Source of the DNA: Thermoanaerobaculia bacterium
GTDB taxonomy: Bacteria > Acidobacteriota > Thermoanaerobaculia > Multivoradales > UBA5704
DNA length: 63,261 nt
NCBI GenBank assembly: GCA_035949675.1
Contig: DASZHY010000090.1
Span: 1-63,261, forward strand
Direction: 5' to 3'
Part shown: in pieces, positions 39,101-51,339 of the stretch
How positions within the stretch are numbered: the first letter of the stretch is position 1
Layout: each line of letters begins with the position of its first letter
Made by a program: the position numbers and the translations under genes
Notes under the pieces: model-generated
Told to the model about the DNA's origin: nothing
The model's input: the letters and a program-made list of their open reading frames with translations, nothing else
The model's database searches: none

Positions 39101-40544
39101 GCCGCGTGTCGTTCCAGCCGTGCAGGACCTGGTGCCGCTCGGCGGCGGTCAGCAGCGGCAGCTCCGAGATCCGGCGGTCGAGGTGCCGCGGCATCGCCGC
39201 GAGCAGCCGGCGGAGGTGCCCGGCCAACCGGGCGATGGTCGGCGCCGTGAACAGATCGGTGCAGTACTCGAGCGAGCCGCCGAGGCCGGACTCGTGCTGC
39301 TGCACGTTCCACAGCAGGTCGAACTTCGCGGTGCTGGTCGCGATGGGCAGCGGCGCGAGCGCCAGCTCGCCTGGATCGGGCGGCGCCTGGACGATGGTGT
39401 CCAGGTTGAAGAAGACCTGGAAGAGCGGGTTGCGGCTGGGATCGCGCTGCACGCCGAGCTCGGTGACCAGGGTCTCGAAGGGCAGCTCGCGATGGTCCTG
39501 GGTCTCGTAGAGCATCTCCCGCACCCGGCGCAACAGCTCACGGCACGTCGGATCGCCCCGCAGGTCCAGGCGCAGCACCAGGGTGTTGAGGAAGAGCCCG
39601 ATCAGGTCCTCGAGCTCGACCCGTTCGCGGCTGGCCGAGGGCGTCCCGACAAGGACGTCGTCCTGCCCCGCGTGGCGGGCGAGCAGCACCCCGAAGGCGG
39701 TCAACAGCACGGCGAACAAGGTCATCCCCTCGTTCCTGGCCAGCGCCGCCAACGCCGCGGTGCCGGCGCCATCGACGGCGAAGGCCGCCTTGGCGCCGCG
39801 CTGGCTCGAGACGGCCGGACGCGGGAAGTCCGTGGGCAGCGAAAGCGCCTGGTTGGCTCCCTGAAGCTGCTGCCGCCAGAACGCCACGAGCCTCTCGCGC
39901 ACCTCGCCCTGCAGCCAGTCGCGCTGCCATTGGGCGAAGTCGCCGTATTGCAGCGGCAGCTCCGGCAGCCGGGCGCTGGCGCCGCGGCGGGCGGCGCGAT
40001 ACCCGGCCAGCAGCTCGCGCAGGAGGATGCCCTCGGACCAGCCGTCGGAGACGATGTGGTGGACGCTGTAGAGCAGCGCGGATTCCCGCGCCGCGAGCGG
40101 AAAGAGGACCAGCCGCAGCAGCGGCCCGCGCGTCAGGTCGTAGGGCGCGAGAGCCGCCTCGGCCAGGCGCGCCGTCAGCTCGGGCTGGCGCCGCGACGGG
40201 GACAGCCGCCGCAGGTCGACGGTGGGCAGGGTGGCCCGCGGCGCCGGCGTCACCACCTGGACCGGCTCGCCGTCCATCAGGAAGAACGTGGTGCGCAGCA
40301 CCTCGTGGCGCCGCACCAGCTCCAACAGGCTGACCGCGAGCGCGCTCGGCTCGAGCTTGCCGCGCACCCGCCAGGCGGCGAAGAGGTTGTAGGCGGAGCT
40401 CCGTGGATAGAGCTGCGCCAGGAACCAGAGGCGCTGCTGCGCGAAGGAGATCGGCAGGACGTAGACCTCGTCGGCCGCGTGCTGCTCGGCCGGCGCGGGC
40501 GCGGCGGCGATCGGGTTGGCTTCCAGCTCGATCTCGTGCGGCAT
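33105..40544 (-). CDS. NRPS-4 (terminating): C-A(Asn-like)-T-C''-A(Asn-like)-T-TE
   Basis: The C domain has 'SFAQQRLWFL' and 'HHIVSDGWS'. The A domains have 'LAYVLYTSGSTGTPKGV' and 'LAYVIYTSGSTGEPKGV'. The carriers are 'FFALGGDSIRSIQ' and 'FFALGGNSLLAVRL'. The TE has 'GGWSFGGLVAYEMA'. Motif-anchored specificity residues are DLTKVGEVG(K) and DLTKLGEVA(K). Confidence 0.95.
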   Translation of the reverse strand: MPHEIELEANPIAAAPAPAEQHAADEVYVLPISFAQQRLWFLAQLYPRSSAYNLFAAWRVRGKLEPSALAVSLLELVRRHEVLRTTFFLMDGEPVQVVTPAPRATLPTVDLRRLSPSRRQPELTARLAEAALAPYDLTRGPLLRLVLFPLAARESALLYSVHHIVSDGWSEGILLRELLAGYRAARRGASARLPELPLQYGDFAQWQRDWLQGEVRERLVAFWRQQLQGANQALSLPTDFPRPAVSSQRGAKAAFAVDGAGTAALAALARNEGMTLFAVLLTAFGVLLARHAGQDDVLVGTPSASRERVELEDLIGLFLNTLVLRLDLRGDPTCRELLRRVREMLYETQDHRELPFETLVTELGVQRDPSRNPLFQVFFNLDTIVQAPPDPGELALAPLPIATSTAKFDLLWNVQQHESGLGGSLEYCTDLFTAPTIARLAGHLRRLLAAMPRHLDRRISELPLLTAAERHQVLHGWNDTRREDLAGARSVHSLFELQAARAGDAVAMTAGESSWSYRRLDAWAGRIAGRLRQAGVGPDVPVGLFLAASPAALAAMLGILKAGGAYVPLDPAYPAERTALLLRDAGIAVVVTGPEPGEALPPVPALSLVDAGEAAAVTGPGAAPAAGEETAAAAGAAPGPDNLAYVLYTSGSTGTPKGVMVPHRGAVNYLAWATAAYEVAAGSGAPVHSPLTFDLTLTSLFTPLLAGRRVVFLPASRGALALAASLADAPGFSLVKLTPAHLGLLNRGLPPAAAAGATRALVLGGEMLPASELSFWHEHAAATRLINEYGPTETVVGCVIHQAAPGPPASGAVPIGRPLANCRIYLLAAHGEPVPAGVTGEIHVGGAQLARGYLGRPDLTAASFVPDAWSGEPGARLYRTGDLARYDAWGTLDLLGRADGQIKLHGYRIEPGEIEAALLADPAVQAAAVVARDEPEGRRLVAYVAAAGEHPTGERLRAALLQRLPEHMVPAAFVVLEHLPLTANGKVDRRALPAPGVAPRRLEAAYVAPRNAVEETLAAIWSRVLGVDRVGVEDGFFALGGDSIRSIQVVALGREKGLELSLQQVVKLATIAELAAVVAAAGGRGHAGAAAFASLHTEPFSLVAPADRGRLPEDVEDAYPLARMQEGMLYHMEERPDAPVFHSINSYHLRMPFDPDLFQAAVLRIAARHANLRTSFDLASYSEPLQLVHREPRFPVAVEDLRRLPESEQRRAIEDYWERELVHPFDLSRPPQLRFQIHRTSDETLQFTLTENHACIDGWSLHSAYSELLTCYFALVRGEPEPELPPLRAAFRDFVALERRALESPEHQRFWARQLEDCSPLVLPRWPGVRRDPGKRRVRRYDLPLPPELAERLRRLARQEALPLSSLLLAVHLVVMSALGGKDDTLTSMSTNGRLETPDGHLTGGIFLNSLPVRLDLAAGTWRELAGRVHQLVIEMTPYRRYPLAAIQERWGRQQLLETSFLYLHFHVMEDAVRAHGMESAGSGVFVEETNFPLIVTFQTSYSSPNLVFNLDCDRAVLADAQIAAIKDYYLAALDHAAADLGGRYDVFTPLSAGERHAALVEWSGAPGAAPVPAAPAERPVHELFAAQAARWPGRPAIAGDGGRLTYGELDRLAGRLARELRRRGLGPESRVAVCAERTPAAIVGMLGALAAGAAYVPLDPADPPDRLRQLVADSGAAAVIAEPRWHARFEGCGAPLIDPAAVPAGQREPGAGDEPAPPAAVLADHLAYVIYTSGSTGEPKGVMVSHRQLRSYLEATLGLLRPPAGASYALLSTLAADLSVTAVFAALATGGELHLLGDEQARDPERLAEYLSRHPADFLKIVPSHLAALLEHAQPAGVLPRRWLLLGGEALGWGLCERVRALAPGLRIWNEYGPTEATVAVASQEVAGESEDRRAATVPIGKPLQNSRLYVLDAHLRPVAPGVAAGLYLGGAGLARGYLGRPALTAERFVPDPWSGEPGARLYRSGDLARHLPDGRLEYLGRTDFQVKIRGFRVEPQEVAAALLRHPAVREAAVEAHRDPSGAALVAYVVADRAGGASPAELQQFLEERLPAPLVPSAVVCLPALPLTRTGKLDRQALPPPAAAASGRRPSRLRTPTEVQLVHLWSELLDSSAIGTDDDFFALGGNSLLAVRLVSRLRKRWHVQVLLSTLLAARTIAEQAKLLDAAADAPPAGHLVPIQPLGAGQPLYMVHPGHGTVVCYLDLARHLGPDQPLYGLQALDVEGDRDPFVSIEEMAARYVKALQEAQPHGPYLVGGWSFGGLVAYEMAQQLMRAGEPVPRLLMLDCSVPAISEEMSRIDPGLMRAFLLVTHAQEAAEAAGKQPLPITPYDIAGLPPEAQMELLLEELQQRDALPFDVDRPTLRRYFDVRVARIEAMNRYAPRPYAGRISLFRTSEPNLGIELSEVREIYERATRGDPTYGWSKLAVEPVDLRHVPGHHESMVREPHVRALAQELRRCLEEIETAPAAGIRPQESMRRSS
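33108..34030 (-). other. Type I thioesterase domain of NRPS-4 (approximate bounds)
   Basis: 'PLYMVHPGHGTVVCYLDLARHL', the nucleophile elbow 'GWSFGG', and the C-terminal position after the last carrier domain. Confidence 0.85.
35890..37200 (-). other. Atypical condensation domain C'' in NRPS-4 (approximate bounds)
   Basis: The N-terminus is 'YPLARMQEGMLYH' rather than SxAQxRLW. The His motif is 'NHACIDGWS'. It sits directly downstream of a GGDSI-type carrier. Confidence 0.6.
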
Positions 40545-40548
40545 TGAA

Positions 40549-43500
40549 TCACTCCTCGAGCCGGGCGCCGCCGAGGACGCCCGCCGCGGTCCGGGTCACC
40601 CGGCGGCCCTGCCTGGCGAGCGGCGTGATCGCCGGTTCGCGCCGCGGCCCGGTGCCCTGGCGCTCCGCCGCTTCCACGGCGGCCGCCAGCTCGGCAACCG
40701 TCGAGCGTTGGAAGAAGGTGCGCAGCGGCAGCTCGACGCCGAGCGCCGCGGCCACCCGCGCCTGCACCCGGGTGGCGAGCAGGGAGTGACCACCCATCTC
40801 GAAGAAATCGCTGTCGGCGCCCACCTCCGCGATCTGCAGGACCTCCTCCCAGATCCGCGCCACCGCCGCTTCGACCGGGGTGCGCGGCGCGATCCGCGAG
40901 CGCCGCGACACCGGGGCCAGGGCCCCGGGATCCGGGAGGGCGCGCCGGTCGATCTTGCCGCCGGGGGTGACGGGCAGCTCTTCGAGGTAGATGAACGAGG
41001 CCGGCACGAAGGGCTCCGGCAGCCGGCCCTTGAGATAGGCGCGGAGCTCTCCGGCCTCCGGCCGGTCGGCGTCCGCCGCCACCAGGTATGCCGCCAGCTG
41101 CGGCTCCCGGCCCCCCTCCCGCAGCGCCGCGGCGGCGGCGCGCACGCGCGGGTGGTTGGCGAGGACCGCCTCGATCTCGCCCAGCTCGATGCGGAACCCG
41201 CGCACCTTCACCTGGTGGTCCAGGCGCCCCAGGAACTCGAGCTGGCCGTCCGCGCGCCGCCGCGCCAGATCGCCGGTGCGATAGAGCACGTCGCCGCGAA
41301 CCGAGCCGAAGGGGTTGGGAACGAAGCTCGCCGCCGTCTTCGCGGGCTGGCGCCAGTAGCCGCTGCCGACGCCGGCGCCCGCGATGCACAGCTCCCCGGG
41401 AACGCGATCGGGCACCGGCCGGAGGTGGCGGTCCAGGACATAGCAGCTGAAGTTGGCGAGCGGCCGGCCGATGGGCAGCACCGGGCCGGGCCAGGGGCGG
41501 TCCATGACGAGCTGGACGACGTCGTCGGCGGCCTCGGTCGGCCCGTAGGCGTTCACCGCGCGGACCGCCGGGTAGAGTGCGAACCAGGCCTCGATCAGCT
41601 CGCCGGGCACCGCTTCGCCGGTGGCCATCATGCAGCGCAAGGCCGGCATCGCGCGCTCCTCGGCGGCAAGCCCGGCCAGGTGGTCCAGCAGGTTGCGCAG
41701 CACCATCGGCACCAGCTCGATCAGCGTCGCCTGGTGGTCGCGGATCGCCGCCAGCAAGCGGGCCGGATCGCTCACCGTGAGCGCGTCGACGATGACCGTC
41801 CGGCCGCCCAGGGCGAGCGGGGCGAGGAGCTGCCAGACCGAGACGTCCGACGACGGCGGCGCGCTCTGCAGGAAGCAGAGCTCCGGCCCCAGCCCCAGCG
41901 CCTCGAACTGGGCGAACAGATGATTGACGGCGCCGGCGTGGCGCACGACGGCGCCCTTGGGGAGCCCGGTCGAGCCCGAGGTGTAGAGCATGTAGGCGGG
42001 ATCGCCGGGATCGCTAGGCGGCGGCGGCCCGGACCCGCCATCCGGCGCGGCCGGCCGGCGCGCCGCCTCGTCGAGGCACACCAGGCGAGGCAGCTCCCCG
42101 CCGACGCCGCCGGCGTTCAGGCCGGGGGCATTCAGGCCGGCGGCCAGCTCGCCGCCGGTGATCAGGATGCGGAGGCCGCTGTCGGCGATCATCGAACGCA
42201 CCCGCTCGACGGGATAGATCGGATCGAAGGGCACGAAGGCCGCACCGCTCTCGAGGATCGCCACGACCGCCGTGAGGAAGCCGAGATCGCGCTCCAGGTA
42301 GATGCCGACGAATCGTCCCGGCGCGGCCCCCAGCCGGCGCAGCAGCACCGCCAGCGCGCTCGCTCGGGTGTCGAGCGCGCCATAGCTGAGGAGCTCCCCG
42401 GCGCAGACCGCCGCGATGCGCTCGGGCGTTGCCGCCGCCTGGCCGGCGAAGAGCTCGTGCAGGGTCCGGGACGGATAGGAGCGCGCCTCTCCCCGCGCCG
42501 CGGCGAGCACCTGCTCGAGCTCCGCGGGACGCATCAGCGACAGCTCGCGCAGCGGCTCGCCCGGGGCGCCGGCCATCGACTCGAGCAGGGCTTCGAGATG
42601 GCCGAGCACCGCCGCGGCGGTCGCGTCGTCGAAGAGCTCGGCGGCGTACTCGAGAGTGAGCCCGAGGCCGGCCGGCAGCTCGTATGCGGTCAGGGTCAGC
42701 TCGAACTTGGCGGTCGCGGCGGGCAGCGCCAGGAACGACAGGCGCAGGCCCGGCAGCTCGAGCGCATCCCGCTCGTCGGCGTGCTGCATGTCGAAGACCA
42801 CCTGGTAGAGCGGCGTCACGGAGAGGTCGCGCCGCGGCTGCAGCTCCTCGACCAGGCGGTCGAAGGGCAGGTCCTGATGGGCGAAGGCACCGAGGACGGT
42901 CTCACGCACCCGCGCCAGCAGCGCCCGGACCGTCAGGGTCTCCTCCAGGCTGGTGCGCAGCACCAGGGAGTTGACGAAGAAACCGATCAGCCCTTCGACC
43001 TCGGCGCGGTCGCGGTTGGCGACGTTGGTGCCGACCACCACGTCGTCGCCCGCGCCGCAGCCCGCCAGCAGCACCTTCCAGGCGGCCAGCAGCGTCATGT
43101 AGAGGGTCGCCCCCGCGCCGCGCGCCAGCTGCGCCAGCCGGCCGGCGAGCGCGGCGTCGAGGACGCGGCCGCGGGTGCCGCCACGGAAGCTCGCGGTCGC
43201 CGGCCGCGGGCGGTCGAGCGGCAGCTGCGTGACCGCGGGCGCGCCGGCCAGCTGCCGCTTCCAGTAGGCGATCTGGCGCGCCAGCACCGGTCCCGCCAGC
43301 CACTGCCGCTGCCAGCAGGCGAAGTCGCCGTACTGCACCGGCAGCTCCGGCAGCGCGGCGTCGGCGCCGGCCGCCAGCGCCGCGTAGAAAGCGCCGAGCT
43401 CTCGCCGCAGGATGCCGGACGACCAGCCATCCGAGACGATGTGATGCAGGTTGAACAGCAGCACGTGCTCCTCGCCGCCGAGACGGAAGAGCGCCAGCCG

Positions 43501-46500
43501 CAGCAGCGGGTCGCGGGCCAGGTCGAAGACCCGCCGCGCCTCCTCCCGTTCGAGCCGTTCGACCTCGGCGCGGGCGGCCGCCAAAGGCAGCGCCGCGAAG
43601 TCCGCCACCGGCACCCGCGATTGGCGCTGCTCGCGCACCAGCTGCACGGGCTCGCCCGCCGCCGAAGGAAACGAGGTGCGCAGCACCTCATGGCGGCGGA
43701 CGATCGCCGAGACCGCTCCCGCCAGTGCCCGCGGGTCGAGAGGGCCCGACAGCAGCAGGGCGCCCGGCAGGTTGTAGGCCGGGTTCTCGGGCTCGAGCTG
43801 CTGCAGGAACCACAGGCGCTGCTGGGCGAAGGAGAGCGGCAGCGGCCGGTCGCGCGGCACGCGCACGAGCGGTGGCGCGGCGGCGCCGGCGGCGGCCTGC
43901 CGCTTCGCCATCGCCGCGGCGGCGAACCGGCGCACGGTGGGGTTGTCGAACAGATCGCGCAGCCGCAGCTCGGCGCCCAGCGCCTGGCGGGCGCGGGTGG
44001 TCACGCGCGTGGCCGAGAGCGAGTGTCCGCCGAGCGCGAAGAAATCGTCGTCGATGCCGATCCGTTCGACGCCGAGCACCTCGGCGAAGATCGCGGCCAA
44101 GATCTCTTCGCCGGGCCCGCGCGGCGCGGCCGGCGGCGGCGCGCCGGCTGGCCGCGGCGCCGGCGGCGCCGGCAGGGCGGCGCGGTCGAGCTTGCCGCCG
44201 GGGGTGCGCGGCAGGGTCGCGAGCTCGACGATGACCGGCGGCACCATGTAGTCGGGCAGCCGCGCGGCGAGGAAGCCGCGGAGGCCGCCGTCCCGCGGCG
44301 CCGGGGCGGTGGGAGAAGCCGCCGGGCGCGGCGGGCGCCTGGCCGCGGGCCGCGCTCCGGCCTCCCGCCGGCTGCGGGCGGCGTGGACGTGAACCATGCC
44401 GGCTCCCGGCAGCGGCGCTTCCCGGTGAACCACCGGCAGAAAGCCGTGTGCCTGCAGGCGGCGGGCGACGGCGGCGGCCCTGCCGTCGTGGTCGTGGGCC
44501 TCGATCACGACCTGACGGACCTTGTCCCAATCCTCCTCGGCCAGGCCGTCCAGCACGTCGAGCTCGCTCTTCTCGACGTCGATCTTGAGCAGATCGATGC
44601 GCTCGATCCGCTCCTGCCGGATGACCTGCGAGAGCGTCTTCACCTGGCAGGCGAAGGGCCGGCCCTGGAAGCGGTCGGCGAGCAGCTCGGCGGTCTCCTC
44701 CTCGCTCAACCCCGCCGCCGCGCCTGAGAGCGCGGCGCGCGTGATCCGTTCCTCGTCGGCACGGTCGGGATAGGCGCCGGACATGGCCGACCAGCGAGGG
44801 TAGAAGGTGAAGCTGCGGGTGCCGGCGTCGCGCCCCAGCCCGCAGGGATGCAGCCGCGCGTCGAGCCCATGCAGCGCCGCGTTGGCCGCGAGCACCTCGA
44901 AGATCGGCGGCAGCGGCTCGAAGCAGTGCAGGCGGCAGTCCGGCTGGCGGCGCTTGACGAACAGCGCGAAAAGACCGACGTTGGCGCCGACGTCGAAGAC
45001 GCAGGCGCCCGCGGCCAGCTCGATGCCATGCGCCAGATAGCGCTCCTGCTCGAAGATCTCGCGGTACAGCAGCTCGGTCTCGCCGCGGTTGAGGCAGGCC
45101 ACCTCGAGCCCGTTGGGCAACCGGCAGAGCTTCAGGCCGCGCGCCGCCTCGGCGCCGCCGGGAGCCAAGGCGGGGCGGGTCGCCACGTAGGCGATCAGGC
45201 GGCGCTCCCCCGCCGGGTCCTCGCGCACCACCACCGCCGCCTCCTGCACCGCCGGATGCGCGAGCAGCGCCGCCTCGATCTCGCCCGGCTCGATGCGAAA
45301 GCCGCGGATCTTGACCTGGCCGTCGATGCGGCCGAGGAACTCGAGGTGGCCGCCGGGCAGATGGCGGGCAAGATCGCCGGTCCGGTAGAGGCGCTCGCCG
45401 CCGCGGGCGCTCCATGGGTGCGGGACGAAGCGCTCGGCGGTCAGCTCCGGGCGGCCCTGGTAACCGCGGGCAAGGCCGGCGCCGCCGAGCAGGATCTCGC
45501 CCGCGAGACCGGGCGGCGCGGTGGCGCCGCGGTGATCCGCCAGGTGGACCTCGACGTTGGCGACGGGCTTGCCGATCGGCACGGTCGGGCCGTCCGCGGC
45601 GGCGATGGCCGCGGACCATTCCTCGCAGGTGGCGTCGATCGCCGCTTCGGTCGGACCGTAGAGATTGCACAGCTCCGCTCCGACGCGCGCGAGCCACCGC
45701 CGGGCCAGCTCCTTGGGCAGCGCCTCGCCGCCGCAGAACAGGCGCCGCAGGCTGGCGCAAGCGGCGGCCGCCGCCGGTTCGAGAAGCAGCGGCCCCAAGA
45801 GCGACGGGACGAGCTGCAGCAGCGTCACCTGCTCGCGGGCGACCAGCTCGAGCAGCAGGGCGCTGTCGCGGTGCTCGCCCGGCGCGGCGAGCACCAGCCG
45901 CGCGCCGGTCATGAGCGGCAGGAAGATCTCCCAGATCGCGGCGTCGAAGCTGTAGGGGGTCTTCTGCAGCACGTGGTCGCCGGGCTGCAAGGGGAATGCG
46001 TGCTGCATCCAGCGCAAGCGGTTGACGATGGCGCGATGCTCGACCATCACCCCCTTGGGCCGGCCGGTGGAGCCGGAGGTGTAGATCAGGTAGGCGAGGT
46101 TCCCGGGTCCCGTGTTGCCGGCGGCCTCGCGGCGCAGGCCGTCGACGGCGGGCAGATCGCGGCGGCCGGCGCCCGTGCCTGCCGGGCCGGTGCCGGGGGC
46201 GTCGACGCACAGCACCGCGGCGACCCGCTCGGCGCCGTCGCCGAGGCTGCCGCGCAGGCTCTCGCGGGTGAGGAGCACCGCCGCCCGCGAGTCCTGCAAC
46301 ATGAAGCGGAGGCGCTCCGCCGGGTACTCCGGATCGAGCGGCACCCAGGCGCCTCCCGCGGCGACGATGCCCAGCAGCCCGATCACCATCTCCGGCGAGC
46401 GCTCGAGGCAGAGAGCGACCCGCACCTCCGCCGACACCCCTGACCGCCGCAGGCGGCCGGCCAGCCGCGACACCGCCGCCGCCAGACAGGCATAGCTCAG

Positions 46501-47954
46501 ATGGCGGCCGCCGCAGGTCAGCGCCACCCGCTCCGGCGTCCGCTCCGCCTGCTCGACGAAGAGAGCGGCAAGCGTCGTCTCCGGACCGAGCGCGGACGGC
46601 GCCGCGCTCCACCCGCCCAGCAGCCGGCGCTCGCCGGCGGGCAGCAGCCGCAGGTCGTCGAGGGCAGCGGCCGGCCGCGCCGCCGCATCGCGGAGCAGCG
46701 CCGCGTACCAGCCCGCGACCCGCGTCACCGCGCGCCGGGCAAACGTGCCGGCGTCATAATGCAGCTCGAGCCGCAGCCGCTCGCCGCAACGCCAGCCGGA
46801 GAGCTTCAAGGCGAAGCGGTCGCCACAGGAAAAGGACCGCGCCAGGGTGAAGGCGGTCCGGCTGCCGCGCGGCAGCGCCGGCAGCTCGTGGAACTCGAAG
46901 CAGTGCGGCAGGAAGCGCGGCAGGCCGCGCGGCGCCGCCAGGCCCTGCCAGTCCCAGTACTCCTGCCACTGCCAGTGCTCGGCGGTCCCCTGCCGCACGG
47001 CGGCCAGCAGGTCGGCGAGCCTGCCCGCCCGCGGCCACGCCGGTGCCAGCGGCAGGAAGCGCTCGAAGGGACCCGCCGCGTCGGCCAGCTCCTCGAACTT
47101 GCGGCCGTTGCAGGCGCAGCCGATGCGGCCGCCGCCGGGCCCGATCAGCCGCTCGAGCAGGAGCTGCCAGACCGCCATGAGCAGATCGGACTGGGTGGCG
47201 CCGAACGACTCGGCGACGCGCGCGGCGCGGGCGAGCAAAGCCGCCGACAGCCGCAGCTCGAGACGCTTCACCTGCAGCGTCCGGCCTGGCGCCTCGTCCG
47301 CGGCCATCGGCAGGCGCGGCGGCGCGTCCAGGCTGCCGTTCCCAGCCGCCGTCTCCCAGAATTTCCGCCCGGCCTCGGTGTCGGGCGAGGAGAGCAGGTC
47401 ATTGGCCCAGCCCGCGGCATCGGCATACTGCAACGGCTCGCCGCCCGGCGGATCGCCGAGGTAGCAGCGCGCCGCCTCGCCGGCGATGCGGCCGAGCGCC
47501 GGCACGTCGGCGCAGAGCGCGGGCAGGCCCAGCAGCAGCAGCCATCGCTCCGCCGCCTGGCGCAGCAGCACGCCGGCGAGCACGGGTCCTGTCTCGAGGT
47601 CACGAGGCAGTTCCAGAAGACGGGCGAAGGCGGCCTCGGCCTGGCGGCGCCGCGCCCGCGGGCCGCAGCCGGCGAGGTCGCAAACCGCCAGGCGCTGCGG
47701 CCTGACCGCCGAGATCGCCTGCAACGGCAGGCGCATCCCGGGGAGCCGCCGGAACGTGGTGCGGAGGATCTCGTGGCGCCGGCAGACGTGCGTCAAGGCC
47801 GCCGCGAGCGCGCCGACCTCGAGCGCGCCGGCGATCCCGATCGCGACCACGCTTTGATGCGGCGATCGCGTGTCGCCGGCCGCGAGCGTCCACAGCCGCC
47901 GCTGTTGCGGCGACAGCTCGAACCCCGCGAACGCCGGTTGCGGATCGCCGCTGC

Positions 47955-47958
<4 letters not shown>
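40549..47958 (-). CDS. NRPS-3: C*(no catalytic His)-A(Gln-like, interrupted by FkbM-type MT)-T-C-A(Dab-like)-T
   Basis: The TTG start forms a TTGA overlap with the NRPS-2 stop. The first 1012 aa of the tracked ORF are out-of-frame read-through of NRPS-2. A-domain motifs are 'LAYLIYTSGSTGRPKGV' and 'PAYMLYTSGSTGLPKGA'. The carriers are 'FFALGGHSLSATRV' and 'FFEMGGHSLLATRV'. The internal C domain has 'HHIVSDGWS'. Specificity residues are DAWQFGLID(K) and DVWEMTADD(K). Confidence 0.9.
44380..45150 (-). other. FkbM-family SAM-methyltransferase domain inserted between A-domain core motifs a8 and a9 of NRPS-3 module 1 (approximate bounds)
   Basis: The insert begins after 'GRIDGQVKIRGFRIEPGEIE...RRLIAYV'. 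It contains 'LPNGLEVACLNRGETELLYREIFEQERYLAHGIEL', 'VFDVGANVGLF', 'CFEPLPPIFEVL' and 'IDLLKIDVEKSELDVLDGL'. The A domain then resumes with 'LPDYMVP...PRTPGGKLDR'. Confidence 0.8.
46640..47958 (-). other. Condensation-superfamily domain lacking HHxxxDG (C*: interface/X-like) at the NRPS-3 N-terminus (approximate bounds)
   Basis: C1-like 'ELSPQQRRLWTL' and C2-like 'RRHEILRTTF' are present. The C3 position reads 'LLLGLPALCADVPAL' (HH replaced by LP, G by V). No HHxxxD occurs anywhere in the ~440 aa. Confidence 0.65.
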
Positions 47959-51299
<3,341 letters not shown>

Positions 51300-51339
51300 C
51301 GTCGTCCTCCAGCGGGGTTGGTCCGCGGTCAGCCTCCGG

